This document shows positions 50,748 to 60,235 of a stretch of 64,000 nucleotides of DNA, in pieces (within the stretch, counting starts at the first letter, position 1; each line of letters starts with the position of its first letter). The DNA comes from an uncultured Candidatus Rokubacteria bacterium (lineage in GTDB: Bacteria; Methylomirabilota; Methylomirabilia; Rokubacteriales; CSP1-6). The stretch lies in NCBI GenBank assembly GCA_963762145.1, contig CAVXJS010000009.1:1-64000 (forward strand). Reading direction: 5' to 3'. Both the position numbers and the translations under genes were made by a program. The notes beneath the pieces are model-generated. The model ran no database searches. It saw only the letters and a program-made list of their open reading frames with translations, and had not been told where the DNA came from.

Positions 50748-51481
50748 GTGCGGCGATATACCCTGCGGCCCGTGACGATCGCGCCTCTCGCAGGCTTTCT
50801 CCGGATCTTCCTCGTTGTCCTCCTCCTGCTGACGGCCGCCGTGATGACAGGACACCCCGCGAACGCGCAGTCGCTCGAGCCCAGATCCTACGCAAACACC
50901 CCGTCGGGATCAATTTCCTGCTTCTGGGATATGGCTACCTGGAGGGCGACGTCGCCTTCGACGCGTCCTCTCCGCTCAAGGATGCCGAGATCCGATGGCG
51001 GAATACCCGGCGTACCAGCAGGACGTCATCGCCGGGGCGAGCCTGCAGGTGACCGCTCCACTGGGCCAGTACGACGCGGACAAGCTCCTGAACGTCGGGA
51101 ACCGCTGGTCCTTCAAGCCGGAGCTGGGGGTGTCCAAGGCCTGGGGCTGATCACGTTCTTCACGAACAACGACGACTTCCTAGATGGAAAGACCTCAAGC
51201 AGGACCCGATCTATTCCCTGCAGGGACACCTCATCTACGAGGTCTCTCGTGCCTTCTGGGCTGCCTTCAACGCCACCTACTACGCCGGCGGGCGGACGAC
51301 CATCGACGGCGACAAGGGAGAGCAGCTGGAGAACGTACGCCTGGGTATGACCGCGGCGCTCTCACTGAGCCGCCGTCAGTCGATCAAGCTCTCCGGCAGC
51401 ACCGGTGTCTACAGAGGCACCGACAGCAATTTCTGGACGGTTGCGATCGCCTGGCAGTACCGCTGGGGTGGCGGGCTGTAG
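50748..51481 (+). pseudogene. Decayed outer-membrane 'transporter' (Phenol_MetA_deg-like)
   Basis: AQSLEPRSYANTP, APLGQYDADKLLN, NRWSFKPELGVSKA, QGHLIY, YYAGGRTT, AWQYRWG across frames, with deletions. Confidence 0.7.
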
Positions 51482-51586
51482 CGAGGAGATTCTTCATCGG
51501 TTTCCGGTGAACGCCGGTGATACGGGTTAGTCGCTTCGAGGTGTCGCTGGTAGGCAGCGATGAGCGGTGACTCCAGACGAACGAAT

Positions 51587-51615
51587 CGGCCCCGGGGGGT
51601 GTTGCCCCGGGGCCG
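51587..51615. terminator. GC-rich hairpin between convergent genes
   Basis: CGGCCCCGGGG-N7-CCCCGGGGCCG. Confidence 0.6.
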
Positions 51616-51643
51616 GTAGTTACCTCGTCAGCATCAGTTACTG

Positions 51644-52369
51644 CTAATTCTTCAGCAGCTCCATTGCCGCCTTGGCCTTGTCGGCCGCCTCGGACGACTT
51701 CCCGGCCTTGCACGCCGCCTCGGCCTCACTCACGAGCGTCGAGGCCTTCTGGAAGTCGGCCGAGCGGGGCGACTGGATGTCCTGGCTGCGCGGCGACTGG
51801 ATGTCCTGGCCGCGCGGGGACTGGATGTCCTGGCTCCGCGGGGACTGGATGTCCTGACTCCGGGGCGACTGGATGTCCTGGCTGCGCGGCGACTGGATGT
51901 CCTGGCCCCGCGGCGACTGGATGTCCTGGCCCCGCGGCGACTGGATGTCCTGGCCCCGCGGCGACTGAATGTCCTGGCCCCGCGGCGACTGGATGTCCTG
52001 GCCCCGCGGCGACTGGATGTCCTGGCCCCGCGGCGACTGGATGTCCTGGCCCCGCGGCGACTGGATGTCCTGGCCCCGCGGCGACTGGATGTCCTGGCCC
52101 CGCGGCGACTGGATGTCCTGGCCCCGCGGGGACTGGATGTCCTGACTCCGGGGCGACTGGATGTCCTGGCTGCGCGGCGACTGGATGTCCTGGGAACGCG
52201 CACCAGCCAGCGAGCGAGGTGCCTGAGCATCCTGACCCTTGGTGCTCTGCGTCAACATGGCCTTCGCTGACGCCACCTCGGCCGGGCAGGACGTCTGCGC
52301 CATCCCCATCGTGGCCGACAGCGAAATCATCGCGACGATACTCAACGTCGTTGTAAGTGCCTTCTTCAT
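51644..52369 (-). CDS. Secreted protein with 18 tandem QDIQSPR[S/G] repeats between two Cys-containing helices
   Basis: AAAGGA RBS; signal peptide MKKALTTT...MGMA; Cys in QTSCP and AACKAG. Confidence 0.85.
   Translation of the reverse strand: MKKALTTTLSIVAMISLSATMGMAQTSCPAEVASAKAMLTQSTKGQDAQAPRSLAGARSQDIQSPRSQDIQSPRSQDIQSPRGQDIQSPRGQDIQSPRGQDIQSPRGQDIQSPRGQDIQSPRGQDIQSPRGQDIQSPRGQDIQSPRGQDIQSPRGQDIQSPRSQDIQSPRSQDIQSPRSQDIQSPRGQDIQSPRSQDIQSPRSADFQKASTLVSEAEAACKAGKSSEAADKAKAAMELLKN
51761..52192. repeat. Coding tandem repeat, 18 x 24 bp
   Basis: Plus-strand unit GACTGGATGTCCTGGCCCCGCGGC with synonymous and S/G variants; no spacers. Confidence 0.95.
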
Positions 52370-52454
52370 GGCGCCGTCCTTTCTAAGTGCCTTTTTGACT
52401 GGGTTCTGTTCCAACCCGATCCTCGCCATTTAGATGCAGATAAGATGTCGAGGA

Positions 52455-52470
52455 TGCAGATGAAATGCCA
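52455..52470 (-). promoter_or_regulatory. Sigma54 promoter of the repeat protein gene
   Basis: Minus strand TGGCATTTCATCTGCA; a degenerate duplicate (CGACATCTTATCTGCA) follows 20 bp later. Confidence 0.65.
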
Positions 52471-52489
52471 CAAAGTCCACAGCTCCCGG

Positions 52490-52765
52490 CTATTGGCGCG
52501 CTTCGGATGTCCAGCCGCTCGCTTCCATGCACCGTTGATACAGCTCGGCTTGTCGCTTGGTATCGGTGTGGGCGTCGACGGTCATGGGGCTTCCATTGAC
52601 GCCCCACGACATGCCCCACGCCATCCGAGGCTCCTGCACACAGGCAGAGCTGTCCCGCCTGAACTCGGTCACGTCCGAGCCAGCCTTGCTGTAGCTACGG
52701 ATGGGTCCTGTGCAGCCAACGAGCAGCACCCACACCGAGAAGACCAGGGCCGCGAGTCGTGTCAT
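52490..52765 (-). CDS. Small lipoprotein with a Cys pair
   Basis: GAGGAGG RBS; lipobox LVGC; D..AC...YQRCMEASGW. Confidence 0.75.
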   Translation of the reverse strand: MTRLAALVFSVWVLLVGCTGPIRSYSKAGSDVTEFRRDSSACVQEPRMAWGMSWGVNGSPMTVDAHTDTKRQAELYQRCMEASGWTSEARQ

Positions 52766-52902
52766 GGCTCAATTCCTCCTCGGGATGATCCTCTAGCAGC
52801 ACGTGATAGGGACGATATAGGACCTTGGCTCTATCCACGTTCGGCTTTGGGTTCGCCCGTCGCCAGAACCACGGACCGGTAGCCGCCCTACTCCGCCTCG
52901 AC

Positions 52903-52918
52903 CGGCACGGTCTTTGCG
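52903..52918 (+). promoter_or_regulatory. Sigma54 promoter upstream of the DUF2071 gene
   Basis: CGGCACGGTCTTTGCG. Confidence 0.6.
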
Positions 52919-52996
52919 CTTTGGCGGGAGCAAGGAGGGTCGGCTCGTGACGTCCGAGGGGAATCGTTACCGGGTCGCGGTTACCGCGAGGAAAGC

Positions 52997-53755
52997 ATGC
53001 GGCCCGCGTCGGAAGTGACGCAGGATCCTGGGCCAGCGTCTGGTCGGCGACGGTTTATCCCGGATTGCCCGGCGCCTATCCGCCTGCCGGTGATGCTCCA
53101 GAACTGGTACCGCTTATCGTTTCTGCACTGGTCTTGCGACCCCGCGCTGCTTCAGGCGCGCCTCCCGGTCGGCCTGGAGATAGATACCTTCGACGAGACG
53201 GGCTGGGTTGGCCTCACGCCGTTCCATCTCATGGGCCTGCGTCCGCCATTTCTCCCGTCAATTTCGTGTGTCTCCGACTTCCCTGAGATGAACCTACGCA
53301 CCTACGTGCGGGGACCATCGGGCCCCGGTATCTGGTTCTTTTCGCTCGATGCCGCGGCCGCCACGGCGGTGCTGGGAGCGCGCCTCACCTATGGCTTGCC
53401 GTATCACTGGTCGAGAATGACGGTCCGTGCAACAGCGAGAAGCCGGATACATTACACGAGCGCCAGGGCCGGAGCCGCGGCGGACATCACGGTTGAGGTC
53501 GGTGAAGCCCTCGCACGGCCGGACGACCTCACGCTGTTCCTGACCGAGCGCTACCGGCTCTATACCCGCTTCCGGCGCCGTCTCGCCATGGCACAGGTCG
53601 AACATGAGCCGTGGCCCTTGCATCGCGCCGCCCTCGTCGGCTTCCAGGAGACGGTACGCCAGGCGGCGAACCTCCCGGACGGCGCCGCGCCCGCGCTCGT
53701 TCACTATTCCCCAGGCGTTCACGTGCGCATTGGTGCGCTGCGTTTCGTGAAGTGA
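52997..53755 (+). CDS. DUF2071 (YqjF-like) protein
   Basis: MLQNWYRLSFLHW, FPEMNLRTYV, GIWFFSLDA, FLTERY, HEPWPL. Confidence 0.88.
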   Translation: MRPASEVTQDPGPASGRRRFIPDCPAPIRLPVMLQNWYRLSFLHWSCDPALLQARLPVGLEIDTFDETGWVGLTPFHLMGLRPPFLPSISCVSDFPEMNLRTYVRGPSGPGIWFFSLDAAAATAVLGARLTYGLPYHWSRMTVRATARSRIHYTSARAGAAADITVEVGEALARPDDLTLFLTERYRLYTRFRRRLAMAQVEHEPWPLHRAALVGFQETVRQAANLPDGAAPALVHYSPGVHVRIGALRFVK

Positions 53756-53891
53756 GCTGACAACAGGCAGATCGGATGAGTGGCAACCGTCAGGACCGCA
53801 GGCGCGACATTCTGGCCGGTAAAACCGTGTGGGTCGGGCGTTTCCCGCCGCCCGTGTTGAGGGAAACGTCCAATTTCTATTCACCCGGCGG

Positions 53892-53907
53892 AGGCATTCC
53901 TTTTGCT
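53892..53907 (+). promoter_or_regulatory. Sigma54 promoter upstream of the hemerythrin gene
   Basis: AGGCATTCCTTTTGCT. Confidence 0.6.
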
Positions 53908-53980
53908 AACGAAGCCGTGCGCCCACCACAGGGCTGACCGTTCACCCATAGCCGGCACGCAGCCGAAAAAAGAGGAGGCC

Positions 53981-54472
53981 ATGATGGCCACGCAGAAGAC
54001 CGGGAGCCGCGACCAGGACGCCATCGCCCTGCTCAAGCAGGATCACAAAACGATGCGGGAATTGCTCTCAAAGCTCGAGGAGGCCGAGGGCTCGGAGCGG
54101 CAGAGCACGCTCACCGCGATCGAGCACGAGCTGAAGGTCCATACCAAAATAGAGGAGGATATCTTCTACCCGGCGTTCCATGAGGCCGCCGAAAAGGAAG
54201 AGGACAAGGATCTGTACTTCGAGGCGCTGGAGGAGCATCACGTGGTCGACCTGGTGCTCCCAGAGATCAAGGAGACGGAGCCGGACGCCGATGAGTTCAA
54301 GGCCAAGGCCAAGGTGCTCAAGGATCTGGTCGAGCATCATGCGGAAGAAGAAGAGACGGAGATGTTCCCGCGGGCGAGGAAGCTGATGGATCGCGCCCAG
54401 CTCATGGAGCTCGGCCAGCAGCTCGCGGACGCCAAAGCATCCCTCAACGAAGGAGCGAAGGCACGCCGGTAG
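53981..54472 (+). CDS. Hemerythrin/HHE domain protein
   Basis: DAIALLKQDH, HTKIEEDIFYP, EEHH, HHAEEEETEMFP. Confidence 0.9.
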   Translation: MMATQKTGSRDQDAIALLKQDHKTMRELLSKLEEAEGSERQSTLTAIEHELKVHTKIEEDIFYPAFHEAAEKEEDKDLYFEALEEHHVVDLVLPEIKETEPDADEFKAKAKVLKDLVEHHAEEEETEMFPRARKLMDRAQLMELGQQLADAKASLNEGAKARR

Positions 54473-54479
54473 ATCGAAA

Positions 54480-54512
54480 GGAAAGCCGTCGGCCACGGGT
54501 CGACGGCTTTCC
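54480..54512. terminator. Hairpin terminator after the hemerythrin gene
   Basis: GGAAAGCCGTCG-N9-CGACGGCTTTCC. Confidence 0.7.
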
Positions 54513-54786
54513 CTGGCGTGATTCGCCGGAGCCCAGAATGATCGATCGTCCGCCGGCTGGCCGGCAAGGCCTTCCGGGACTGAGAGGCGACTCCCAGGTT
54601 CTGGTTAACGTGATGGCAGATCGCCAACCTGGAGGAGCAGCAGCTTCATGCGTGGTCGGCGAGCGAGCGAATCGCGGGTGCCGTCACAGACGCGGGAGGC
54701 TGACCGCCGCGCGCATCTCGATCTCCAGGTGAATCTGCTCGCCGAGCAGGGGACGGCCGCCGTCACTCCCCCTCGCCCCGGGGGGA

Positions 54787-55068
54787 TCACCCCGTCGTAG
54801 CCGATCGGCGCCTCAGTTTGACCCTGCGCTTGTCTGTTTCGGCCCGCCACGCATGATGGCAGCCTGCGTGGGCGGACACTGATCTATCAGGAGCACGGAC
54901 GTCGTATTGGATCTGATTGGCGTGAATTTTGACCTGGCAGACGATGCAGGGCTTGCCAACCCCGCCGCCGACCCATACGGGACCGCCTTCTAGAATCCAC
55001 AGCCGACCGTTCGCCAAGCCAGTAAGCACCATCTCTAGAATGGATCGCCCTTCACCCGGTAGATCCAT
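54787..55068 (-). CDS. Small CxxC...HxxC family copy 5
   Basis: GLANGRLW...VWVGGGVGKPCIVC...AHAGCHHAWRAE. Confidence 0.75.
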   Translation of the reverse strand: MDLPGEGRSILEMVLTGLANGRLWILEGGPVWVGGGVGKPCIVCQVKIHANQIQYDVRAPDRSVSAHAGCHHAWRAETDKRRVKLRRRSATTG

Positions 55069-55224
55069 GGATCAGGATGACAACCGACAGACGGGTACCG
55101 TCCGCGTGCGTGAGGCGGGAATGGACACAGAGTCTCCCTCCGAGGAAGCCCTTCTGCCTTCTCCTCAGAGGGCGAGCAGGAGTGTAAGACGTTCAGACGG
55201 CAGGAGCAAGTGCGAACGAACTGC

Positions 55225-56127
55225 CTATCGCAGGATGTCAGCGGTGGAAGTGAGCAAGACGCAGGTGCAGCCGGTCTCGCTCCAGACGCGCCGATCCGTG
55301 CTCCCCGCGTCGGCCCGATGGTAGTCGCCCGGATGCACCTTCTTGTCGTCGATCCAGAGCTCCCCATCCAGCAGGTGAAGCTCTTCGAGGCCGGCGTGGG
55401 TGTGCGGCGGGTAGACGGCGCCCGGCGCCAGCCGGACCAACATGCTGACGCGCTCCCGCTCATGGTCCCGCGCCAGCAGCATGTACGAGATTCCCGGCCC
55501 CGCCTCCTGCCAGTCGGGTGAGGCAGCCGGTTCAGGCATGAACGTGGCCGAGCCTCGCTCGCCGACGATCCGCTGAACCAGGCGCCCCCACCGCGCTGGC
55601 GTCGGAGGCGGCAGTTGATCCATGGGTCCGTTGACCCATGCTTCAATCGGCCGTCGGCTCGGCCGCTCGGTCCGCATCAGATCGATTGCCCGCGCCCGAG
55701 CCTGATTCAGGACCCAGCCGATGACCGATGCCTTCTCGGGATCGTACGTCCACGCCCGCCGCCAGACGTCATAGAAGACCTCTACCGTCAGCTCGTCGGC
55801 CATTTCCCGCTCATGGGTAATCCGCAACATGAGCGTGAAGACGATCCGATGCATCCTCTCGTAGAGGGTGGTCAAGGCCTCCACGTTCCCTGCCGCCATC
55901 GCCCGCACGAGAGCGCCCCATTCGCGCTCCGGAGCAGGCGGCGGGATGGGCTTGCCAAAGAGCAAGTCGCTGAGGGTCGTGTTGCGCGGGAACTCTACGT
56001 CGAATAGCTTCCGGCAGGACTCGCACCAGCGGGTTACCCGTCGTCCAGCGTAGATCGTCGCAAACGATTCCGGGAGCGAGTTCTGGGCGCCGCAGTGGGT
56101 GCAGGAGACGTATCGCCCGTCCATCAT
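55225..56127 (-). CDS. Zinc ribbon + ECF sigma region 2 + ChrR-like cupin fusion (no sigma region 4)
   Basis: CTHC...CESC; AAGNVEALTTLYER...EVFYDVWRRA...ARARAIDLMR; RLAPGAVYPPHTHAGLEELHLLDG...PGDY. Confidence 0.8.
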   Translation of the reverse strand: MMDGRYVSCTHCGAQNSLPESFATIYAGRRVTRWCESCRKLFDVEFPRNTTLSDLLFGKPIPPPAPEREWGALVRAMAAGNVEALTTLYERMHRIVFTLMLRITHEREMADELTVEVFYDVWRRAWTYDPEKASVIGWVLNQARARAIDLMRTERPSRRPIEAWVNGPMDQLPPPTPARWGRLVQRIVGERGSATFMPEPAASPDWQEAGPGISYMLLARDHERERVSMLVRLAPGAVYPPHTHAGLEELHLLDGELWIDDKKVHPGDYHRADAGSTDRRVWSETGCTCVLLTSTADILR

Positions 56128-56193
56128 CGAATTGTGGACCCAGCCCCCCGGGTTTGTCTAGGTTCGCCTCCCATGGTGTAGGTCCATTGCGGC

Positions 56194-58119
56194 TCAGCGC
56201 ACGGGCAGCGTGAAGGTGAAGGTGGACCCCTGGCCTAACTCGCTCTCGACCCACATCCGGCCGTCGTGCAGCTCCACGAACTTCTTCGCCAGGGTTAACC
56301 CAAGCCCGGTGCCTTCCAACTTCCGCGCATCATCGGTCCCCACCTGGCGGAACTCCTCGAAGATGGCCGCCTGGTCCTCAGGAGCGATCCCGATGCCGGT
56401 GTCGGAGACGGCGATCTCGACCGCGCCGTCCGTGAGCCCGGCCTTGAGGCTGATCCGGCCTCCCTCGGGGGTGAACTTGACCGCATTCGAGAGGAGGTTG
56501 AGCAGGACCTGCTTGACCTTGCGCTCGTCCCCCACGAGCTCCCCCAGTCGCGGGTCCAGATCGAGCGCCAGGGTGATGCCGTGGCGGGCGGCACGCTCCT
56601 TGACCAGGGTGACGGCATTCTCCAGCGCGGTTGGCAGGTGGAATGGGACCGGGGCCAGCTCCATGCGCCCGGCCTCGATCTTGGAGAGATCGAGGATGTC
56701 ATTGATGAGGGACAGGAGATGCTGTCCCGAGGCGTAGACGTCCTTGAGGTACTCGTCCTGCTTGGCGTTGAGCTCGCCGAACATGCGCTGGAGCAGCACC
56801 TCGGAGAACCCGATGATCGCGTTCAGCGGCGTGCGCAGCTCGTGGGACATGTTGGCGAGGAACTCCGACTTGTGACGGCTGGCCGCTTCCAGCTGCCGGC
56901 TCTTGTCCGCAATCTCGTGGAACAGTCGGGCGTTCTGGATGGCCAGAACCGACTGCGTCGCGAAGGTGCGCAGCAGCTCGATGGTCTCGGGGGGGAAGTC
57001 GCCGGGGCGATTGCGCGTGACGCCGAGACAGCCGATCAGCCGGCCCTCCCGCACCATCGGCACCGCGAGGATGGCCCGGATGCCGGACTCGATGAGGTTG
57101 TCCCGCAAGCGACTCTCGTAGGCGCCCGGCACCGCAATGTCGGAGACCTGCACCGGCTCGAGGGTGAGGGCGGTCCGCCCGAGCACGCCCTCTCCCTTAC
57201 GGAACCGCGTGCCGCGGCGAGCCCGGGCGAGCGCACCGCCGGTCTCGGCGGCCGCCCGCTGGGTGAACTCCTCGGCGACCTCGTCGTACTCGAACACCAC
57301 GCCCCCGTCCATCCCCGAGATCTGCACCGCGCGCGCCACGATCGTCGTCAGCACCGTCTCGAGATCGAGCGTGGAGCTGACCGCGCGGCCGACCTCGCCC
57401 AGGGCGGTCAGCTGCTCCACCGAGCGCGTGAGCGCGCCGGTCCGCGCCTCGAGCTCGGTGAAGAGGCGCACGTTCTCGATCGCGATCACCGCCTGGTCGG
57501 CAAAGGTCTGAAGCAGCTCGATCTGCCTCTGCGAGAACACTCCAGCCTCGGCCCCCGTGACCACGACCGCCCCGATCGGCGTGCTGTCCAGCAACATCGG
57601 CACTGCGAGGACGCTCAAGTAGTCGGCAGCCTTCGCAAGGGCCTCGAGCCTGTACTCGGGATCCTCGCGGATATCCGGGATGTAGACGATGCTCCGGCTC
57701 AGAATCGCGCGGGCGGTACCTCCACCCTGGCTCGGAGGCATCGGGTAGCTCTGCCGAACGACCTCGACGGCTCCGGGCCTTAGACTGTGGGCCGCCGCGA
57801 TATGGATGAGCTGACCGTCGAACCTGTAGACCCAACCGGTCGTTGCCCGGCACAGGTCCATCGCCTTGACCGCGATGGCATCGAAGACCGGCTGGACATC
57901 GGTCTGGAAGCGGCTGATGACCCGAAGGACTTCGCTGGTCGCCGTCTGCTGCTCCAGGGCTTCCACCTCGCGCTTCTGCGCCTCCGCCTCACGCTTCTGT
58001 GCTTCCGCGAGGCGCTTCTCAAGGTCGTGAACCCTGGAGCGGCTGCGTGTCCGTGCCCCGCGGACGACCGGGCGCTTGCCTTCGCCCTTCGCCTTTCCAG
58101 GCTTTGCACCCCGACCCAT
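56194..58119 (-). CDS. Sensor histidine kinase (GAF-GAF-HisKA-HATPase)
   Basis: EQQTATSEVL, LLQTFADQAVIAIENVRLF, ANMSHELRTPLNAIIGF, NAVKFT, GTGLGL. Confidence 0.94.
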   Translation of the reverse strand: MGRGAKPGKAKGEGKRPVVRGARTRSRSRVHDLEKRLAEAQKREAEAQKREVEALEQQTATSEVLRVISRFQTDVQPVFDAIAVKAMDLCRATTGWVYRFDGQLIHIAAAHSLRPGAVEVVRQSYPMPPSQGGGTARAILSRSIVYIPDIREDPEYRLEALAKAADYLSVLAVPMLLDSTPIGAVVVTGAEAGVFSQRQIELLQTFADQAVIAIENVRLFTELEARTGALTRSVEQLTALGEVGRAVSSTLDLETVLTTIVARAVQISGMDGGVVFEYDEVAEEFTQRAAAETGGALARARRGTRFRKGEGVLGRTALTLEPVQVSDIAVPGAYESRLRDNLIESGIRAILAVPMVREGRLIGCLGVTRNRPGDFPPETIELLRTFATQSVLAIQNARLFHEIADKSRQLEAASRHKSEFLANMSHELRTPLNAIIGFSEVLLQRMFGELNAKQDEYLKDVYASGQHLLSLINDILDLSKIEAGRMELAPVPFHLPTALENAVTLVKERAARHGITLALDLDPRLGELVGDERKVKQVLLNLLSNAVKFTPEGGRISLKAGLTDGAVEIAVSDTGIGIAPEDQAAIFEEFRQVGTDDARKLEGTGLGLTLAKKFVELHDGRMWVESELGQGSTFTFTLPVR

Positions 58120-58222
58120 CGGCCTCTCCTTGCCCCCTATTCCTGCAGCTTCCTCAGCGCCTTCTCGAGGAGCATGCGGAGCCTACCACGGGGATTGACG
58201 ACGGCGTGCGCACGCTTTCCAA

Positions 58223-58852
58223 CTAACCGGCCTTCGCCACACCGTCGAAGAACTCCACGATCCCGGTCTCCAGTGAATACTCGGCGCCCACGACGAGGAG
58301 CCCATCTCTCTCGATCAACTGATCGAGAACCTCCGACCCGTATCGCAGCTGGCTTGCAGAGATGCGGACGTTCGCCCGAACGGCATGCCGAACCAGAGCT
58401 TCCGGGTCGTGCCTGAGCTCTGTCGACAGCAGCCCTTCCACGGAAGGTCTAACACGGTCGACGATCGAACGCAGATTCCGCGATTGGTTGTTCGTCGGCC
58501 GCTGAAGGTCTTCCAGCGTTGCCAGAACAGCTCCGCACTGGGAATGCCCCAGAACCACCACCAGCCGTGTGCCGAATCGCTCTGCGGCGAACTCGACACT
58601 CCCGATCTGAGAAGAAGCGACGATGTTTCCGGCAACGCGGATGACAAACAGGTCGCCCAGGCCTTGGTCAAAGACGATCTCTGCCGGCACTCGTGAGTCG
58701 GAACATCCGAGAATAATGGCGAACGGCTCCTGACCTGCCGCCAACTTGCTGAGGCTCGTCCCACTCGTGAGGGTCTCGCCGCTCCGAGCGCCAGACACGA
58801 AGCGACGGTTCCCCTCTCGAAGTCGTTCGAGTGCTTCTCGCGCGGAGATCAT
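58223..58852 (-). CDS. Beta-class carbonic anhydrase
   Basis: LREGNRRF, GCSDSRVP, GDLFVIRVAGN, VLGHSQCGAV. Confidence 0.95.
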   Translation of the reverse strand: MISAREALERLREGNRRFVSGARSGETLTSGTSLSKLAAGQEPFAIILGCSDSRVPAEIVFDQGLGDLFVIRVAGNIVASSQIGSVEFAAERFGTRLVVVLGHSQCGAVLATLEDLQRPTNNQSRNLRSIVDRVRPSVEGLLSTELRHDPEALVRHAVRANVRISASQLRYGSEVLDQLIERDGLLVVGAEYSLETGIVEFFDGVAKAG

Positions 58853-59066
58853 CGACCCTTAGTCTCGTCCAGCCAGCTAGAAATATCCAGGTCCGGATGA
58901 TCCGTCCCAACGCGGACCTGGTGCGGATGATCCGGCTGGGTCGGCCGGGACGCTAGGGCTGGAGCGGCCTTCAGGGATGCGGGGCCAAGGAGAGGGCAGC
59001 CCTCTCAAGTCCAATCAGCGAAGGACCATGCCAATTTACGTATCGCCGAGATGCAGAGAAGACCCG

Positions 59067-59354
59067 CTACTCCCCGGGACCGCTCTTTGGGAGTCTTGCG
59101 GTGGCGGCATCTCGACCGGGTGCACAGCGCTCCGCGTCCCACAGGTGCAGGCACCCCACATGAAACTGAATGCCCTTACCGCCCGTCGTGCTGACACCTT
59201 CCATGACGAACTGCGTCTTGGTGATGATTTCCTCGCAGGCGTCACACGTCTCGCCGTTGCCAGCACCACCCCAGAGGCGCGGGATACTGTTCTGCGGCAA
59301 ACGACCGTCAGCGAGCTTGTCGCGAATGAGGCGACGAAGGGTTTCCTGCTCCAT
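59067..59354 (-). CDS. Small CxxC...HxxC family copy 6
   Basis: AAAGGAGG RBS; IRDKLADGRLP...WGGAGNGETCDAC...FHVGCLHLWDAE. Confidence 0.85.
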   Translation of the reverse strand: MEQETLRRLIRDKLADGRLPQNSIPRLWGGAGNGETCDACEEIITKTQFVMEGVSTTGGKGIQFHVGCLHLWDAERCAPGRDAATARLPKSGPGE

Positions 59355-59611
59355 GGGCGGGTCCTCCTTTGATGTGGCGTGTCGGAGGGTGCCAGACTCA
59401 CCAGGGTCTCAGCGCCCTCTAGAGGCGCCAACCCGAAAGGCCACGGTGCAGGCAGGTGGATCGTACGGTATGACCCGCGCGACGCCAATTGGACTTTAGG
59501 CCCATGGGCGTACGGCGGCCGAGGGTCGGACGGTTAGGCCGCTAAGAGGCCCACTTCGCGGTCTCCCGTCGGCCCTGCTCGCGCACTACGAACGCGCTAT
59601 CTATCTGGTGA

Positions 59612-60064
59612 TCAACGGGCGCCACACTGGAACGTCGCAGTCCTGGTCCCGTCCGAGTTGGCCGCCATGCTAGAGGCCATCGGCTGCGAGCCGTACCTCT
59701 GGCAATACGCGCTGGCAGTCTGTGACGCTTGCACCAGCTCCTGGTCCGTCCGGTACGTATAGCTCAGGTTGGGATTGACCGGCGCTGGCGCAGGGGCCGA
59801 GGTCCGCACGCACTCGAAGACCGCGGTCTTGCTGCCGTCCGCGTTAGTCGTGAGGGTCGCAGTTCGCGGGGCACTTTGATACTGACCGCAATGCGTCGCC
59901 GCATTCTGGCTCGCTCGCAGCAGTTCCTGATCGGTTCGATAGTTATAGGTGACGCTTGGGTTGCTCGCTTGTACCGGCTGCTGCGACGAGGGCATGTGGG
60001 TGCAGGCGGCAACTGTCCCCGCCGCCAGCAAGGCAATGCTCAATCTCCATAAGGTCGTAGTCAT
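59612..60064 (-). CDS. Lipoprotein with two internal ~50-aa repeats
   Basis: Lipobox VAAC; NP.(V/L).Y.YRTDQEL..ASQ.A...C..Y...N.DG..TA.F.C occurs twice. Confidence 0.8.
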   Translation of the reverse strand: MTTTLWRLSIALLAAGTVAACTHMPSSQQPVQASNPSVTYNYRTDQELLRASQNAATHCGQYQSAPRTATLTTNADGSKTAVFECVRTSAPAPAPVNPNLSYTYRTDQELVQASQTASAYCQRYGSQPMASSMAANSDGTRTATFQCGAR

Positions 60065-60235
60065 TTGGTTGGCCTCCCTGGGCTGCTTGATATGACTCCG
60101 ATGCTAGCGCGTCACGTAGGGCTCGCGTATTGGACCTAGGTCCAGTGGCCGCTAAAGGGTGACCGCAGCAGGCCCCCAGGGACCAACGGTCGCGCGACGA
60201 GGCTGGTAGAATCCCGGAATGCTCGCCTGGTCGTC

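Noticed and set aside
51761-52192. 24-bp repeat array as a CRISPR array
   Set aside because: Units are contiguous with no spacers, lie in frame in a signal-peptide gene, and there are no cas genes.
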